Notes under the pieces: model-generated | The model's database searches: none | The model's input: the letters and a program-made list of their open reading frames with translations, nothing else | Told to the model about the DNA's origin: nothing | Program-made: the position numbers and the translations under genes | Assembly: GCA_963774265.1 (NCBI GenBank) | Contig: CAVZDU010000001.1 | Location: 384,001 to 448,000, forward strand | Length of the DNA stretch: 64,000 bases | Direction of reading: 5' to 3' | Origin: an uncultured Chloroflexia bacterium | GTDB lineage: Bacteria > Chloroflexota > Anaerolineae > CG2-30-64-16 | Part shown: piece by piece, positions 10,638 through 20,600 of the stretch | Layout of the letters: each line of letters opens with the position of its first letter | How positions within the stretch are numbered: the first letter of the stretch is position 1

Positions 10638-12350
10638 CTAGTCCACCCAAAGCGGCACGAACTTAAACTCGTCCACATCCACCAACCCCTGATCGGTCAG
10701 CTTCAAGTGGGGAATGACCTCCAGCGCGAGAAAACTGAGCGCCATAAACGGATCGTGCAGGCCGGAGCCCAGGCCGTGCGCCGCAGCGATGACCTCATCG
10801 AGTTGCCGGCGCACATCGGCGATCGGCTTGTTCGACATCAGACCCGCGACCGGCAGCGGCAGGCGGGCGAGGATGCGCACCCCATCGGCCACCGCTAACC
10901 CACCGCCCATATCGGCCAGCGCGCCTGCGGCCGTTGTCAGGGAGACATTGTCGACGCCCGCAACAATCAGGTTGTGATGATCGTGGGCGATCGTGGATGC
11001 GATCGCACCCCGGCGGATCCCCAGGCCCTGCACAAATCCTTTGCCCATCTGTCCGCTCGCCATGTGCCGCTCGATGACTGCCATCTTGGCGATATCTTGC
11101 TCATAATCAGGGGTGGCGACCCCGGATTGCGAGGGAATTTCGAGCACGCGCTTGTCGGTGATCAGCTCGTCTGGGCGCACACCGATCACATTCGCCCGCC
11201 GGCCCTCCGCGGGGATCGTGAAGTTGACTGTGTGCCAATTGATGTTCATGGAGCCGCGCAGGTAGGAAGGCCGCTCCGGCACATCGAGCGGCACGATCCT
11301 GCCTTCTTCAGCGGCGATCTGCCCGCCGCGAATCACCAGCCGGACGTTGAACTCCTGCGGATCATCAAACACGATCATGTCCGCGCGGTTGCCCGGGCGA
11401 ATCCCGCCCCGATCGTACATCCGGAACCACTCGGCTGTGTTCAATGTAGCCATGCGGATGGCTGTGACCAGATCGACGCCGGACCGGATTGCGGTGCGGA
11501 CGAGGTAATCGACGCTGCCCTGATCGAGCAAATCTCCAGGATGCCGATCGTCGGTACAGAAACAAATGCGGCGCACATTATCGGGGGTGAGCATGGGCAG
11601 GAGTGGGCCCAGGTTGTGGGCATTGGTGGCTTCACGAACGAGAATGTACATGCCGAGGCGCAGCTTCTCCAGTGCCTCTTCCACGGAAGTGCATTCGTGG
11701 TCCGACCCGATCCCGGCGGCCACGTAGGCATTGAGCGCCTTGCCGGTCAGCCCGGGCGCATGCCCGTCCAGTACACGCGTCCTGAAGGCGTCCAACTTCT
11801 CCAGAGTGTCGTGGTCTTCGTTGACCACGCCGTGGTAGTTCATCATCTCGGCCAGGCCTAACACCCACGGATCGCTCTGCAGGGATGCGATATCTTTTGC
11901 CTCGAGGTATGCGCCGGCCGTCGCCATATGGGTGGAAGGAACGCAGGATGGCACCATCACATACATGCTCAACCGGCCGTACTTGGCCTGGTCGAACATG
12001 TAGCGGATACCGTCCAGGCCGAGGACATTAGTGATCTCATGCGGATCAGCCACCACAGCCGTGACTCCGCGCGGTACAACAGCCGCCGCAAACTGTCGCA
12101 CCCCAACCATCGCGCTTTCGATATGGACGTGTGCATCGATGAGACCAGGGGCCAGGTAGGCGCCCTTCAGATCGATCTCGCTCGCCCCCGTGTAACCGCT
12201 GCCGATCCCCGCAATGCGAGCATTATGAATCGCGACATCTGCCGGGTAGATTTCACTGGAATAAACGTTAACGAGCTTCGCGTTGCGCAGGACGAGGTCC
12301 GCCGGCGCATCACCGCGGGCCACGCGTATCAAGTTGTTGAGTTCCGCCAT
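10638..12350 (-). CDS. ade: Adenine deaminase
   Basis: DAHVHIES, DPHEI.NVLG, LAEMMN, DGHAP, DHEC, TDDRHP, AHDHHN, LPLPVAGLMS, VIPHLKLTD. Confidence 0.95.
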   Translation of the reverse strand: MAELNNLIRVARGDAPADLVLRNAKLVNVYSSEIYPADVAIHNARIAGIGSGYTGASEIDLKGAYLAPGLIDAHVHIESAMVGVRQFAAAVVPRGVTAVVADPHEITNVLGLDGIRYMFDQAKYGRLSMYVMVPSCVPSTHMATAGAYLEAKDIASLQSDPWVLGLAEMMNYHGVVNEDHDTLEKLDAFRTRVLDGHAPGLTGKALNAYVAAGIGSDHECTSVEEALEKLRLGMYILVREATNAHNLGPLLPMLTPDNVRRICFCTDDRHPGDLLDQGSVDYLVRTAIRSGVDLVTAIRMATLNTAEWFRMYDRGGIRPGNRADMIVFDDPQEFNVRLVIRGGQIAAEEGRIVPLDVPERPSYLRGSMNINWHTVNFTIPAEGRRANVIGVRPDELITDKRVLEIPSQSGVATPDYEQDIAKMAVIERHMASGQMGKGFVQGLGIRRGAIASTIAHDHHNLIVAGVDNVSLTTAAGALADMGGGLAVADGVRILARLPLPVAGLMSNKPIADVRRQLDEVIAAAHGLGSGLHDPFMALSFLALEVIPHLKLTDQGLVDVDEFKFVPLWVD

Positions 12351-12409
12351 TGGAGCCCTCCTTAGATGACATGCCACTTGCCTGCGGGCAGGTGAATAGA
12401 GGTTGCGCG

Positions 12410-12484
12410 ATTATACCACAACCAAAACCCGCACGTGCGACATGACGCGAGTCATTTGCGCGACGGGCGGGGTCACGTTACAAT
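12410..12484. promoter_or_regulatory. Divergent sigma70-type promoters with a central palindromic operator
   Basis: Minus strand TGgTATAAT (12418-12410); plus strand TTGCGC-N17-TACAAT (12456-12484); ATGAC-GCGA-GTCAT at 12442-12455. Confidence 0.55.
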
Positions 12485-12575
12485 CATTTCGCGCGACAGG
12501 GGCGTCGCGTACCTCGTGCACGTGATCCGCCCTTTTGCCGCAGTCAATTACCTACACTCTGAAGGAGGAGTCTCA

Positions 12576-13865
12576 ATGCGCAAGCAGCTCTGGGGCGTTC
12601 TCGCCCTGCTCATGGTGATCTCGATGATCGCCACATCCTGCGCCACTCCGGCCGCCCCGCCAGCCCCGGCGGCGGCCCCCACCACTGCTCCCGCTGCGGA
12701 GCAACCCAAGCCCGCCGAACCGACCGCTGCGCCTGCACAGGCGGCCGAACAACCCGCCCTGCAGATCCCTGAAGTCGTCGCAGGCAAATTCAACATCGGG
12801 ATGGTCTTGATCGGCCCCCACGATGATGGCGGCTGGAGCCAGGCGCACTATGAGGGCCTGGAATACATCGCCAAGAACATGCCCGACGCGCACATCGCCT
12901 ACGTGGAGAACGTGCCCGAGGGCACCGACTCAGAACAGGCCTTCCGCAGCCTGGCCCGCAAGGGCTTCAAACTCATCTTCGGCACGTCGTTCGGCTTCGG
13001 CGACCCGATGGAGATCGTAGCCGGCGAATTCCCCGATGCCATGTTCATCCATCTGACCGGGTACAAGTCCAATCAGACCAACTTCGGCAACCTGATGGGC
13101 GCTATGGAAAACATGAAGTACCTGGCGGGTATGCTGGCCGGCGCGCGCGCCAAGATGGACGGCAATCCGAAACTGGGCTACATGGCCACTTTCCCCATCC
13201 CGGAGGAGCTCCGCCTGGGCAATGCGTTCATGTTGGGCGCCAAGAAGACTTGCCCCGAGTGCACCATGGACGTGCGCTGGCTGAACACGTGGCATGACCC
13301 CATCATCGAGAAAGAATCCGCAGCCTCGCTGTTCGATGCGGGTGCACAGGTCGTCCTGACTGGCGCGGACACGCCGGCGGTCGCAGATGTCGCGACAGCC
13401 AAGGGCAAGTGGGGCATCACCTATGACTGGTACGGCTCCTGCAAAGCTGAGCGCTGCCTCACTGCGCCGTACTGGAACTGGGGTCCCATCTATCTGAACA
13501 TCGCCAAGCAGGTGCAAGCCGGCACGTACAAGGCGGGTTGGGAGTACTTCGACTCGGACTCCGGCGCCTTGGGTATCTACGGCTTCATGGAGGGCGAGCA
13601 GCCCACGAAGGGCGCGGCCGAGCTGCCGGCCGAGGTGCTGCAGATGGTGAAGGACACCCTGGCCAAGATGCAGAAGGGCGAATTCACCCGCTTCGACGTC
13701 TTCACCGGCCCGATCAAGGATAACCAGGGCAACACCGTGGTGCCGGCCGGCGAGAAGATGGTGCAGGCGGACCTGGACCAGTTCCCGCCCGGCGCGGAAG
13801 GCCTGGCGTGCAAGTACTGCATGAAGTGGTGGGCCGAGGGCGTCACCGCTGAACCGCCCAAGTAA
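12576..13865 (+). CDS. BMP family ABC substrate-binding lipoprotein (purine/nucleoside)
   Basis: Lipobox ATSC, PAT-rich linker, GPHDDGGWSQAH, IFGTSFGF, YLAGMLAG, WNWGP. Confidence 0.9.
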   Translation: MRKQLWGVLALLMVISMIATSCATPAAPPAPAAAPTTAPAAEQPKPAEPTAAPAQAAEQPALQIPEVVAGKFNIGMVLIGPHDDGGWSQAHYEGLEYIAKNMPDAHIAYVENVPEGTDSEQAFRSLARKGFKLIFGTSFGFGDPMEIVAGEFPDAMFIHLTGYKSNQTNFGNLMGAMENMKYLAGMLAGARAKMDGNPKLGYMATFPIPEELRLGNAFMLGAKKTCPECTMDVRWLNTWHDPIIEKESAASLFDAGAQVVLTGADTPAVADVATAKGKWGITYDWYGSCKAERCLTAPYWNWGPIYLNIAKQVQAGTYKAGWEYFDSDSGALGIYGFMEGEQPTKGAAELPAEVLQMVKDTLAKMQKGEFTRFDVFTGPIKDNQGNTVVPAGEKMVQADLDQFPPGAEGLACKYCMKWWAEGVTAEPPK

Positions 13866-13882
13866 ACGGCGGGATAGGGATC

Positions 13883-13916
13883 AACGGGTGACAGGTGCGT
13901 TCCTGTCACCCGTTTT
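13883..13916 (+). terminator. Stem-loop after SBP gene
   Basis: AACGGGTGACAGG-N6-CCTGTCACCCGTT followed by TT. Confidence 0.7.
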
Positions 13917-13954
13917 GGTTATCAGCCAGGCATCGTGCCAACAGGAGAAGCTGC

Positions 13955-15505
13955 ATGCCCGAACTCGTCAATGCTGTCGACATGCGCGGGATTGTCAAGC
14001 GCTTCCCAGGGGTGCTTGCCAACGATCATGTCGACTTTGATCTGCGCCAAGGCGAAGTGCATGCGTTGCTCGGTGAAAACGGCGCCGGCAAAAGCACTTT
14101 GATGAATGTCCTGGCCGGACTATACAAGCCTGAAGAAGGCACGATATCCGTTGAAGGCAAACGGGTCAGTTTCGGCTCCCCGCGTGACGCCATCGCCGCC
14201 GGCCTGGGGATGGTACACCAACACTTCATGTTGGTTCCCTCCCAGACCGTCACCGAGAACATCATTTTGGGCTTAGATACGCCTCGCTTTGTTCTCAACC
14301 TCGCGGAACTGGATAAGCGCATCGTGGCCTTGCAGGAGCAATACGGCCTGAAGGTGGATCCCAAGGCTAAGATATGGCAACTCAGCGTCGGTGAACAACA
14401 ACGGGTTGAAATCCTAAAAATGCTGTACCGCGGTGCACGCGTCCTCATTTTGGACGAACCGACCGCAGTGCTGACGCCGCAGGAAATCAAGGAACTTATC
14501 GCCACCCTTAAGGGTATGGTCGCCAACGGACACTCCATCGTCTTTATCAGCCACAAGCTGGATGAGGTGCTGGCGATCGCCAACCGCGTGACGGTGCTCC
14601 GCCAGGGTCGCGTGACGGCCGCGGGTGTCAGCGCCGTTGGGGTCAGCAAGCGTCAATTGGCCGAACTGATGGTGGGACGCGAAGTTGTCTTCACCGTCCA
14701 AAAACCGGCGGCCGTCCCCGGCTCCGTCATGCTGGACCTGCAAGATATCTGCGCCGAGAACGACCGCGGCTTGCAGGCGCTCAAAGGCCTCTCGCTGCAG
14801 GTGCGCGCGGGCGAAATCGTGGGCATGGCAGGAGTGGCAGGCAACGGTCAAAGCGAACTTGCCCAGGCGATCACCGGCCTGCGCAAGTGCACCGGAGGCC
14901 ACGTGTTGATCAATGGCGAAGACATCGTCAACCGCTCGCCGCGCGAGGCCATCAACCGCCAGGTCGCATACGTGCCGGGAGACCGCACCGGTGTGGGCAG
15001 CGCGCCCAGCCTGAGCCTGGCTGAAAACCTGATCATGAAGAACTATCGGGACGCGCCGGTGAGCACGGGTTGGGTCTTGAACCGGCTGGTGATCCGCGAG
15101 CAAGCGACTGAATTGAAAGCGACCTACGACATCGCTGCGCCCAACATCGACGTGCAGGTCCGCCTGCTTTCCGGTGGAAATCTGCAAAAAGCGATCCTGG
15201 CACGCGAGATGTCGGCGCACCCGAAGATCATCGTGGCGGTCCAGCCGACGCGCGGCCTGGATGTGGGCGCCATCGAGGCGGTGCAGCGGGTCCTGCTTGC
15301 GGAACGCGCTCGCGGCACGGCTATCTTGCTCTTCTCAGAGGAGCTCGAAGAGGTCATGTCCCTGTCCGATCGCATCGCTGTGATCTACGAAGGGCAGATC
15401 ATGGGCGAGGTAAAGCCGGAAGAGACAACCCTGGAGCAGATCGGTCTGATGATGGCAGGACAACGTCTGGAGACAATCAGGGGGGAAGCCGATGACCACC
15501 CATAA
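13955..15505 (+). CDS. Nucleoside/purine ABC transporter ATP-binding protein (double domain)
   Basis: GENGAGKST, MVHQHFML, LSVGEQQRVEI, DEPTAVL, LSGGNLQK, PTRGLD. Confidence 0.95.
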   Translation: MPELVNAVDMRGIVKRFPGVLANDHVDFDLRQGEVHALLGENGAGKSTLMNVLAGLYKPEEGTISVEGKRVSFGSPRDAIAAGLGMVHQHFMLVPSQTVTENIILGLDTPRFVLNLAELDKRIVALQEQYGLKVDPKAKIWQLSVGEQQRVEILKMLYRGARVLILDEPTAVLTPQEIKELIATLKGMVANGHSIVFISHKLDEVLAIANRVTVLRQGRVTAAGVSAVGVSKRQLAELMVGREVVFTVQKPAAVPGSVMLDLQDICAENDRGLQALKGLSLQVRAGEIVGMAGVAGNGQSELAQAITGLRKCTGGHVLINGEDIVNRSPREAINRQVAYVPGDRTGVGSAPSLSLAENLIMKNYRDAPVSTGWVLNRLVIREQATELKATYDIAAPNIDVQVRLLSGGNLQKAILAREMSAHPKIIVAVQPTRGLDVGAIEAVQRVLLAERARGTAILLFSEELEEVMSLSDRIAVIYEGQIMGEVKPEETTLEQIGLMMAGQRLETIRGEADDHP

Positions 15506-16607
15506 TGCAGCCGCCAAGGGTTTCCAGTTCCCCTTCTCGTTGCGCATGGAGCGGCGCCTCGGGATGCCGAAATGGTTGCCTGCCGCTACATCTATCGGCG
15601 CCGTCATTGTGGCTCTGATTATCGGCGGGGTCGTGATCCAGTTGGGCGGCGGACATCCGCTCAAAGCGTACCAACACATCCTCAAGGCTGCGTTCGGCAG
15701 TGTGGGCGTTTTCAATGACACGCTGGTAAAGGCCACGCCACTGATCCTGGTGGGGCTGGCGTGTGCGCTCACTTTCCGCATGCGGCTGTGGAACATCGGC
15801 GCGGAAGGCCAGTTCTACATGGGCGCCTGGGGCGCGAGCGCGGTCGTGCTGTTCCCCCTTCTCCCGGCCACTACATCGAGGCCGCTCATGCTGTTGGCAA
15901 TGGCGGTGGCGGGCTTTCTTTGCGGCGCGCTGTGGGGCTTCATCCCCGGCTATCTGAAGGCCAAGCTCAATGTCAATGAAGTCGTCACCACACTGATGAT
16001 GAACTACATTGCCACCTCCTGGGTGCTCTTCTGGGTGTTTGGAGCATGGAGCGAGGGCGGCTTTCAGATGTCCCGCATGTTCCCCAAGACTGCCTGGCTG
16101 CCCCGGCTGGCAGACTACGCCAAACAAGTGCCGTTCTTCAGCGGCCTGACGTTGCACGGCGGCATCTTGATCGGCCTCGTGGCGACAGGGGTGGTCTGGT
16201 TTATCGTCTATCGCAGCAAATGGGGCTACGAGATCCGGTTGATCGGCGACAATCCCCGCGCGGCAAACTATGCCGGCATCGACATCGTGCGCAACACCGT
16301 GCTGGTGATGATGCTCTCCGGCGGCCTGGCGGGCCTGGCGGGCATGTCGGAGATTTCGGGCGTGGTGCACCGCTTACAGAGCGCGATTTCGCCTGGCTAC
16401 GGGTTCACGGGCATCATCGTGGCCTGGTTGGCGAAGCTGAACCCAATTGTAGTGGTCCTGGTCTCCATCTTGTTTGGCGGCCTGATCCTGGCCGGCCGGG
16501 AAATCCAACCGTCCGGCGTCCCGCGCATGTTGCAAGGAATCATCCTGTTCTGCGTGATTGCCAGCGACGTGCTGCTCAGGTATCGAGTCCGGCTCGTGCG
16601 CCGCTAA
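15492..16607 (+). CDS. Nucleoside/purine ABC transporter permease 1
   Basis: NIGAEGQ, NEVVTTLMMNY, GYGFTGIIVA; hydrophobic. Confidence 0.92.
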   Translation: MTTHNAAAKGFQFPFSLRMERRLGMPKWLPAATSIGAVIVALIIGGVVIQLGGGHPLKAYQHILKAAFGSVGVFNDTLVKATPLILVGLACALTFRMRLWNIGAEGQFYMGAWGASAVVLFPLLPATTSRPLMLLAMAVAGFLCGALWGFIPGYLKAKLNVNEVVTTLMMNYIATSWVLFWVFGAWSEGGFQMSRMFPKTAWLPRLADYAKQVPFFSGLTLHGGILIGLVATGVVWFIVYRSKWGYEIRLIGDNPRAANYAGIDIVRNTVLVMMLSGGLAGLAGMSEISGVVHRLQSAISPGYGFTGIIVAWLAKLNPIVVVLVSILFGGLILAGREIQPSGVPRMLQGIILFCVIASDVLLRYRVRLVRR

Positions 16608-16618
16608 GGAGGTTAGCC

Positions 16619-17587
16619 ATGATCGACTGGATCGTCATCCTCCAGGCCGGCGTCGCAACCGGCACGGTGTTGCTCTTCGCCAGCATCGGTGAGATTCTGG
16701 CCGAGCGATCTGGCGTGATGAACCTGGGCGTCGAAGGTATGATGCTCATTGGGGCCATGTTCGCGTTCAAAGTTGCGGTCGGCACCGGCAACCCCTGGCT
16801 GGGCTTGCTTGCGGCTATGTTGGCTGCCGGCGCGCTCAGCTTGCTGCATGCAGTCGTCACCATCAGCTTCCAGGCTGACCAGGTGGTCAGCGGTCTGGCC
16901 ACCAACTTTGTTGGCGTTGGTCTCAGCCTGGTTCTCGGCGAAGGCTTGAGTAAGGCGGGCACGACCGCGCTGCTGCCCAACTGGACGGTGCCCGGACTGT
17001 CGGCCATCCCGGTCCTCGGCCCCATCCTCTTCACCAACCACAGCGTACTGGTCTACTTCGGCTATCTGCTAACCCCCGCGGTCTGGTACTACATCAACCG
17101 GACGCGGCCCGGTCTGCACCTCCGCGCGGTGGGCGAGTATCCCTCGGCGGCTGATGCGTTGGGCATCAGCGTCTACGGTCTTCGTTACGCCTACGTATTC
17201 GTTGGGGGTCTGCTGGCCGGATTGGCCGGCGCCACGATCAGCCTGGCCATTTCCCCGGGCTGGTTCAGTGAGCTGACCACGGCCGGCCAGGGCTGGATCG
17301 CGATCGGCCTGGTGATCTTCGCGCAGTGGAATCCGTGGCGGGCGATGGCCGGCGGCTATGTGTTCGGCGCGCTGCGGCGGCTCATCCTGGATTTGCAGGG
17401 GCCGACAACGCTCTTCTGGTTCGCTAATCCGTTCCGCGCACAAAGCCCAGGCTTCTTCCTGCAGATGGTGCCGTACGCGCTGACCATCCTGATCCTGGTG
17501 ATCGGATCGCGCGCCGCGATGAAAAAACGCATGGGCGCACCGGCGGCGTTGGGGCTGCCGTATGTGCGCGGCGAACGCGGAAGGTAG
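16619..17587 (+). CDS. Nucleoside/purine ABC transporter permease 2
   Basis: ERSGVMNLGVEG, LRAVGE.P.AADALG, GQGWIAI, PAALGLPY; RBS aaggagg. Confidence 0.92.
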   Translation: MIDWIVILQAGVATGTVLLFASIGEILAERSGVMNLGVEGMMLIGAMFAFKVAVGTGNPWLGLLAAMLAAGALSLLHAVVTISFQADQVVSGLATNFVGVGLSLVLGEGLSKAGTTALLPNWTVPGLSAIPVLGPILFTNHSVLVYFGYLLTPAVWYYINRTRPGLHLRAVGEYPSAADALGISVYGLRYAYVFVGGLLAGLAGATISLAISPGWFSELTTAGQGWIAIGLVIFAQWNPWRAMAGGYVFGALRRLILDLQGPTTLFWFANPFRAQSPGFFLQMVPYALTILILVIGSRAAMKKRMGAPAALGLPYVRGERGR

Positions 17588-17590
17588 CGC

Positions 17591-17639
17591 GCGACACCCC
17601 GTGCCGGGTGGTTGCAAAGCGCCCGGCACGGGGTGTCGC
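17591..17639. terminator. Bidirectional terminator between convergent genes
   Basis: Perfect 18-bp stem GCGACACCCCGTGCCGGG ... CCCGGCACGGGGTGTCGC. Confidence 0.8.
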
Positions 17640-17647
17640 AGTAGCGG

Positions 17648-20600
17648 CTATGCACTCTTCCAATAGTCCATCCCCGTCGGACTCCGGCTCGCGCCCAGCT
17701 CGCGCAGCAATGCCTCACCCCGGCTGCCGATGACTGGCCCATCGTTCCACGTGTTCAACACCGCACGCCGCGGCGCGGTCGGCCGGTTCAGATAGGCCTT
17801 CAGGGCTTGGCGCAACACGTCATCACTTACCTCCGCCACGCTCAGGCGGCTGCCATTATCCTCCGCCACCAGCACTGACCGCCCCTGCCAGATAACGACA
17901 TGCGTCGACGCCACCCGCGCAAATCGGAACTCCGCGATTGGGGAGACAACCTGCTCTCCACCCCCGGCTATAGACTCTGCGTTCTCTGTGCTCTCTGTGG
18001 CTAGTGTTCGCAGTTCTCCGCCATACAGGTTCGCCGGGTCCAAAGCGGAAAGCACGACGAGTTCATCGCTCCTTGCGAGCCCGTCCCGCACGGCGCGCAG
18101 TGCCTCCACTGCGTGGGGCAGCGCGTACTGCACGCCCGACAGACCGTTGATGAAGTATCCCCGGCGCACCTCGCCGCGCATCTCCATGCGCCGCAACTGC
18201 TCGGACAGTTCGCCCCAACTCCACGGCGCCTCGCGCGGTGCGCGGAGCTCACGGAACCCATCGGGCGGCTTGTGACCTTCCCACAAGGCCCTTACGGACG
18301 TGGCACCCACTTCCTCGTCGGCCCATGTCCAACGGCTCTCGAACCGCGCGATGATCTCCGGCGTGATGACGCCGTACCGATTCAGTGCGATCTGGGCCAG
18401 GCCCAGGCCCCGCTCATCGCCCCGCAGCGCGGGCCCCATGACTGCAGCCCTGCTCACCAGCGACCAACGGCCGGCCCAGTCCTGTTCCCATTCCGCCTCG
18501 GCATCCAGCCGCTGCCCGACGCTGCGCTTGAGGTCACGGAGGCGCTGTTGCGACAGGCGCGCACCGCCCCGGCCGCGCCCAACGGGTCGGGGCGGGAGGC
18601 GAGACGCCAGGTCCTCCTCGAGTGCGCTCATCGGCCGGGGCGCGCCCGGCTCGCTGCGAACCTGCAAGACGGCCGCCAGCGCGCCGAGGTCCTCGCCGTT
18701 CACGATGCCGGCCAGGGCAAGCTGGCGCAGCGCGTCGCGCAAGACTTCTGTCCCCAGTCTCATACCGCCCTGGATGTCAGCGAAGAAGGAGGGGCCTTCC
18801 GATTTGAGGTAGGCGAACACGTCGCCCGCTGGCCCTGCAGGCAAGGCAGCCGGCAGGTCGGACAGGAAGAGACCGCCCTCGCGGCGTGCGATGAAGCGCA
18901 CATCCGCCCGGCCGCCTTCACTTCCGGCAGCAACCCAGGTGATCTCCCCGCTCTGCACCAGCTGGTCCAGGTCACGCCAACTATTGCGTGCGATGCGGCC
19001 CGGCAGCACCTCACGCTCCCATGCCGTTGCAGGCAGCGCCAGGCCGCGCAGTTGCCGCATACTCTGACCGAGGCCGCGTGCCTCACCCGGCCGCGCGGGG
19101 CCCACTCCTTGCCAGCTCAGGAGAAAAGCCTGGTACGCCGCCAGGGGGACAGGTTGCACTTGGTGGCGGAGCTGGTTGAGCGTGCGGCGGTAGAGTTGTT
19201 CGAATACCTGCCGGTCACAATACTCGAGCGCGGCGCCTTCCACCGTGAAATGGCCCTCAACGATCGTATGGTCGGCGAGGAGTTGGCCTAACGCGGCGTC
19301 TAGCCAGGCTGGATCAAAGGCGTAACGGTTGAGGATGGCTGGCCGCGTGACCGGGCCGGACCAGCGCAGCCAGCGACACAGGATGGACGCCAAGCTAGAG
19401 CTATGCGCGTCCTTCGACTGCGCCACCCCGTGACTCCGCTCAGGAAGCAAGACCGTGTACTCGCCGGCCAACTCAGCCGAAACCCACCGCGGCTCCGCGC
19501 CTCGCGTCGTGGGGATATCCAGGAGGACGATCGTGCCGCGTCCGGCTAACTCGGCCAGCCAGGGTCGCGGGTCGGACGCGCTGCGTGCGGTTACCTCCGC
19601 TTCGGTCAGGTCGCCCAACTCAAGGAGGAGCACAGCCAGTTCCTCCGCAGTGCGTGCCCGGCGTTGATCGGCCGTGTGGCCCGCATTGGCGATAACGGCC
19701 TCTACCGCCTCCGGTCTGAGCGGCAGCCGGCCGGAATCCGAACCTTCAAGCAAATCCTCCACCAACTCTCGCCGCATGGCCAGGGACTGCAGCTGCTGCT
19801 CGGCCTTGGGCGTATCCCACTCGTACATGTAGGTGCTGATGAACTGGTACAGGAGCCCGGCGGCCAGGGGTGAGGGGACGCGCGTCTGTACGGGGATCAC
19901 CTTGACGCGACCTTCTTCAATACCGCCCAGGAGTTCATCAAGGTGGCCCAGGTCCATCACGTCGCGTAGACAATCGCGATAGGTCTCGGCCATCAGGGGG
20001 AATTCGGGCAGGTTACGGACCGTAGCAAGCAGATCACGCGCCTTGAGCCGTTGCAGCCAGAAAGGCGTGCGCTTGTGACCGCGCGAGCGGGGCAGGAGCA
20101 GGGCGCGGGCTGCATTGACGCGGAACCGCGCACCAAACACGGCCGAGTTGGGGAGCTCGCGGAAGATACGCTGGCGGGCCTCGCGTGGCAACATGTCCGC
20201 GACGATCTGGCCGGGAATGGAAAGATCAATACCTGCGAACGCACCTTCTTGTGGCACGCCTGCGGCCAGCGCACCTGCGTCGTCCGCACCCAGCACCGCA
20301 CCGGGAAACCTCAGGAGGATGCCATCATCGCTCACCAGGCTTTCAATCTCGATGCCTGTGCGCTCCTTAAGCGCATCAACCAGGGCCAGTGACCACGCAC
20401 CGTTGATCCGCCCGCCGAAAGGAGAATGGACCACGACGCGCGCTTCGCCGACCGCGTCGAAGAATATCTCGACGATAATCGTATCATCCGAAGAGATCGC
20501 GCCGAGCGCTTCGATCTGGCGGCTGACGTAGTCGAGAAGGGCGCGCGCCGAGTTGAGGTCCAGGCTGAACTCAGAGCGCAGCCACCTGATGATCCCTTCC

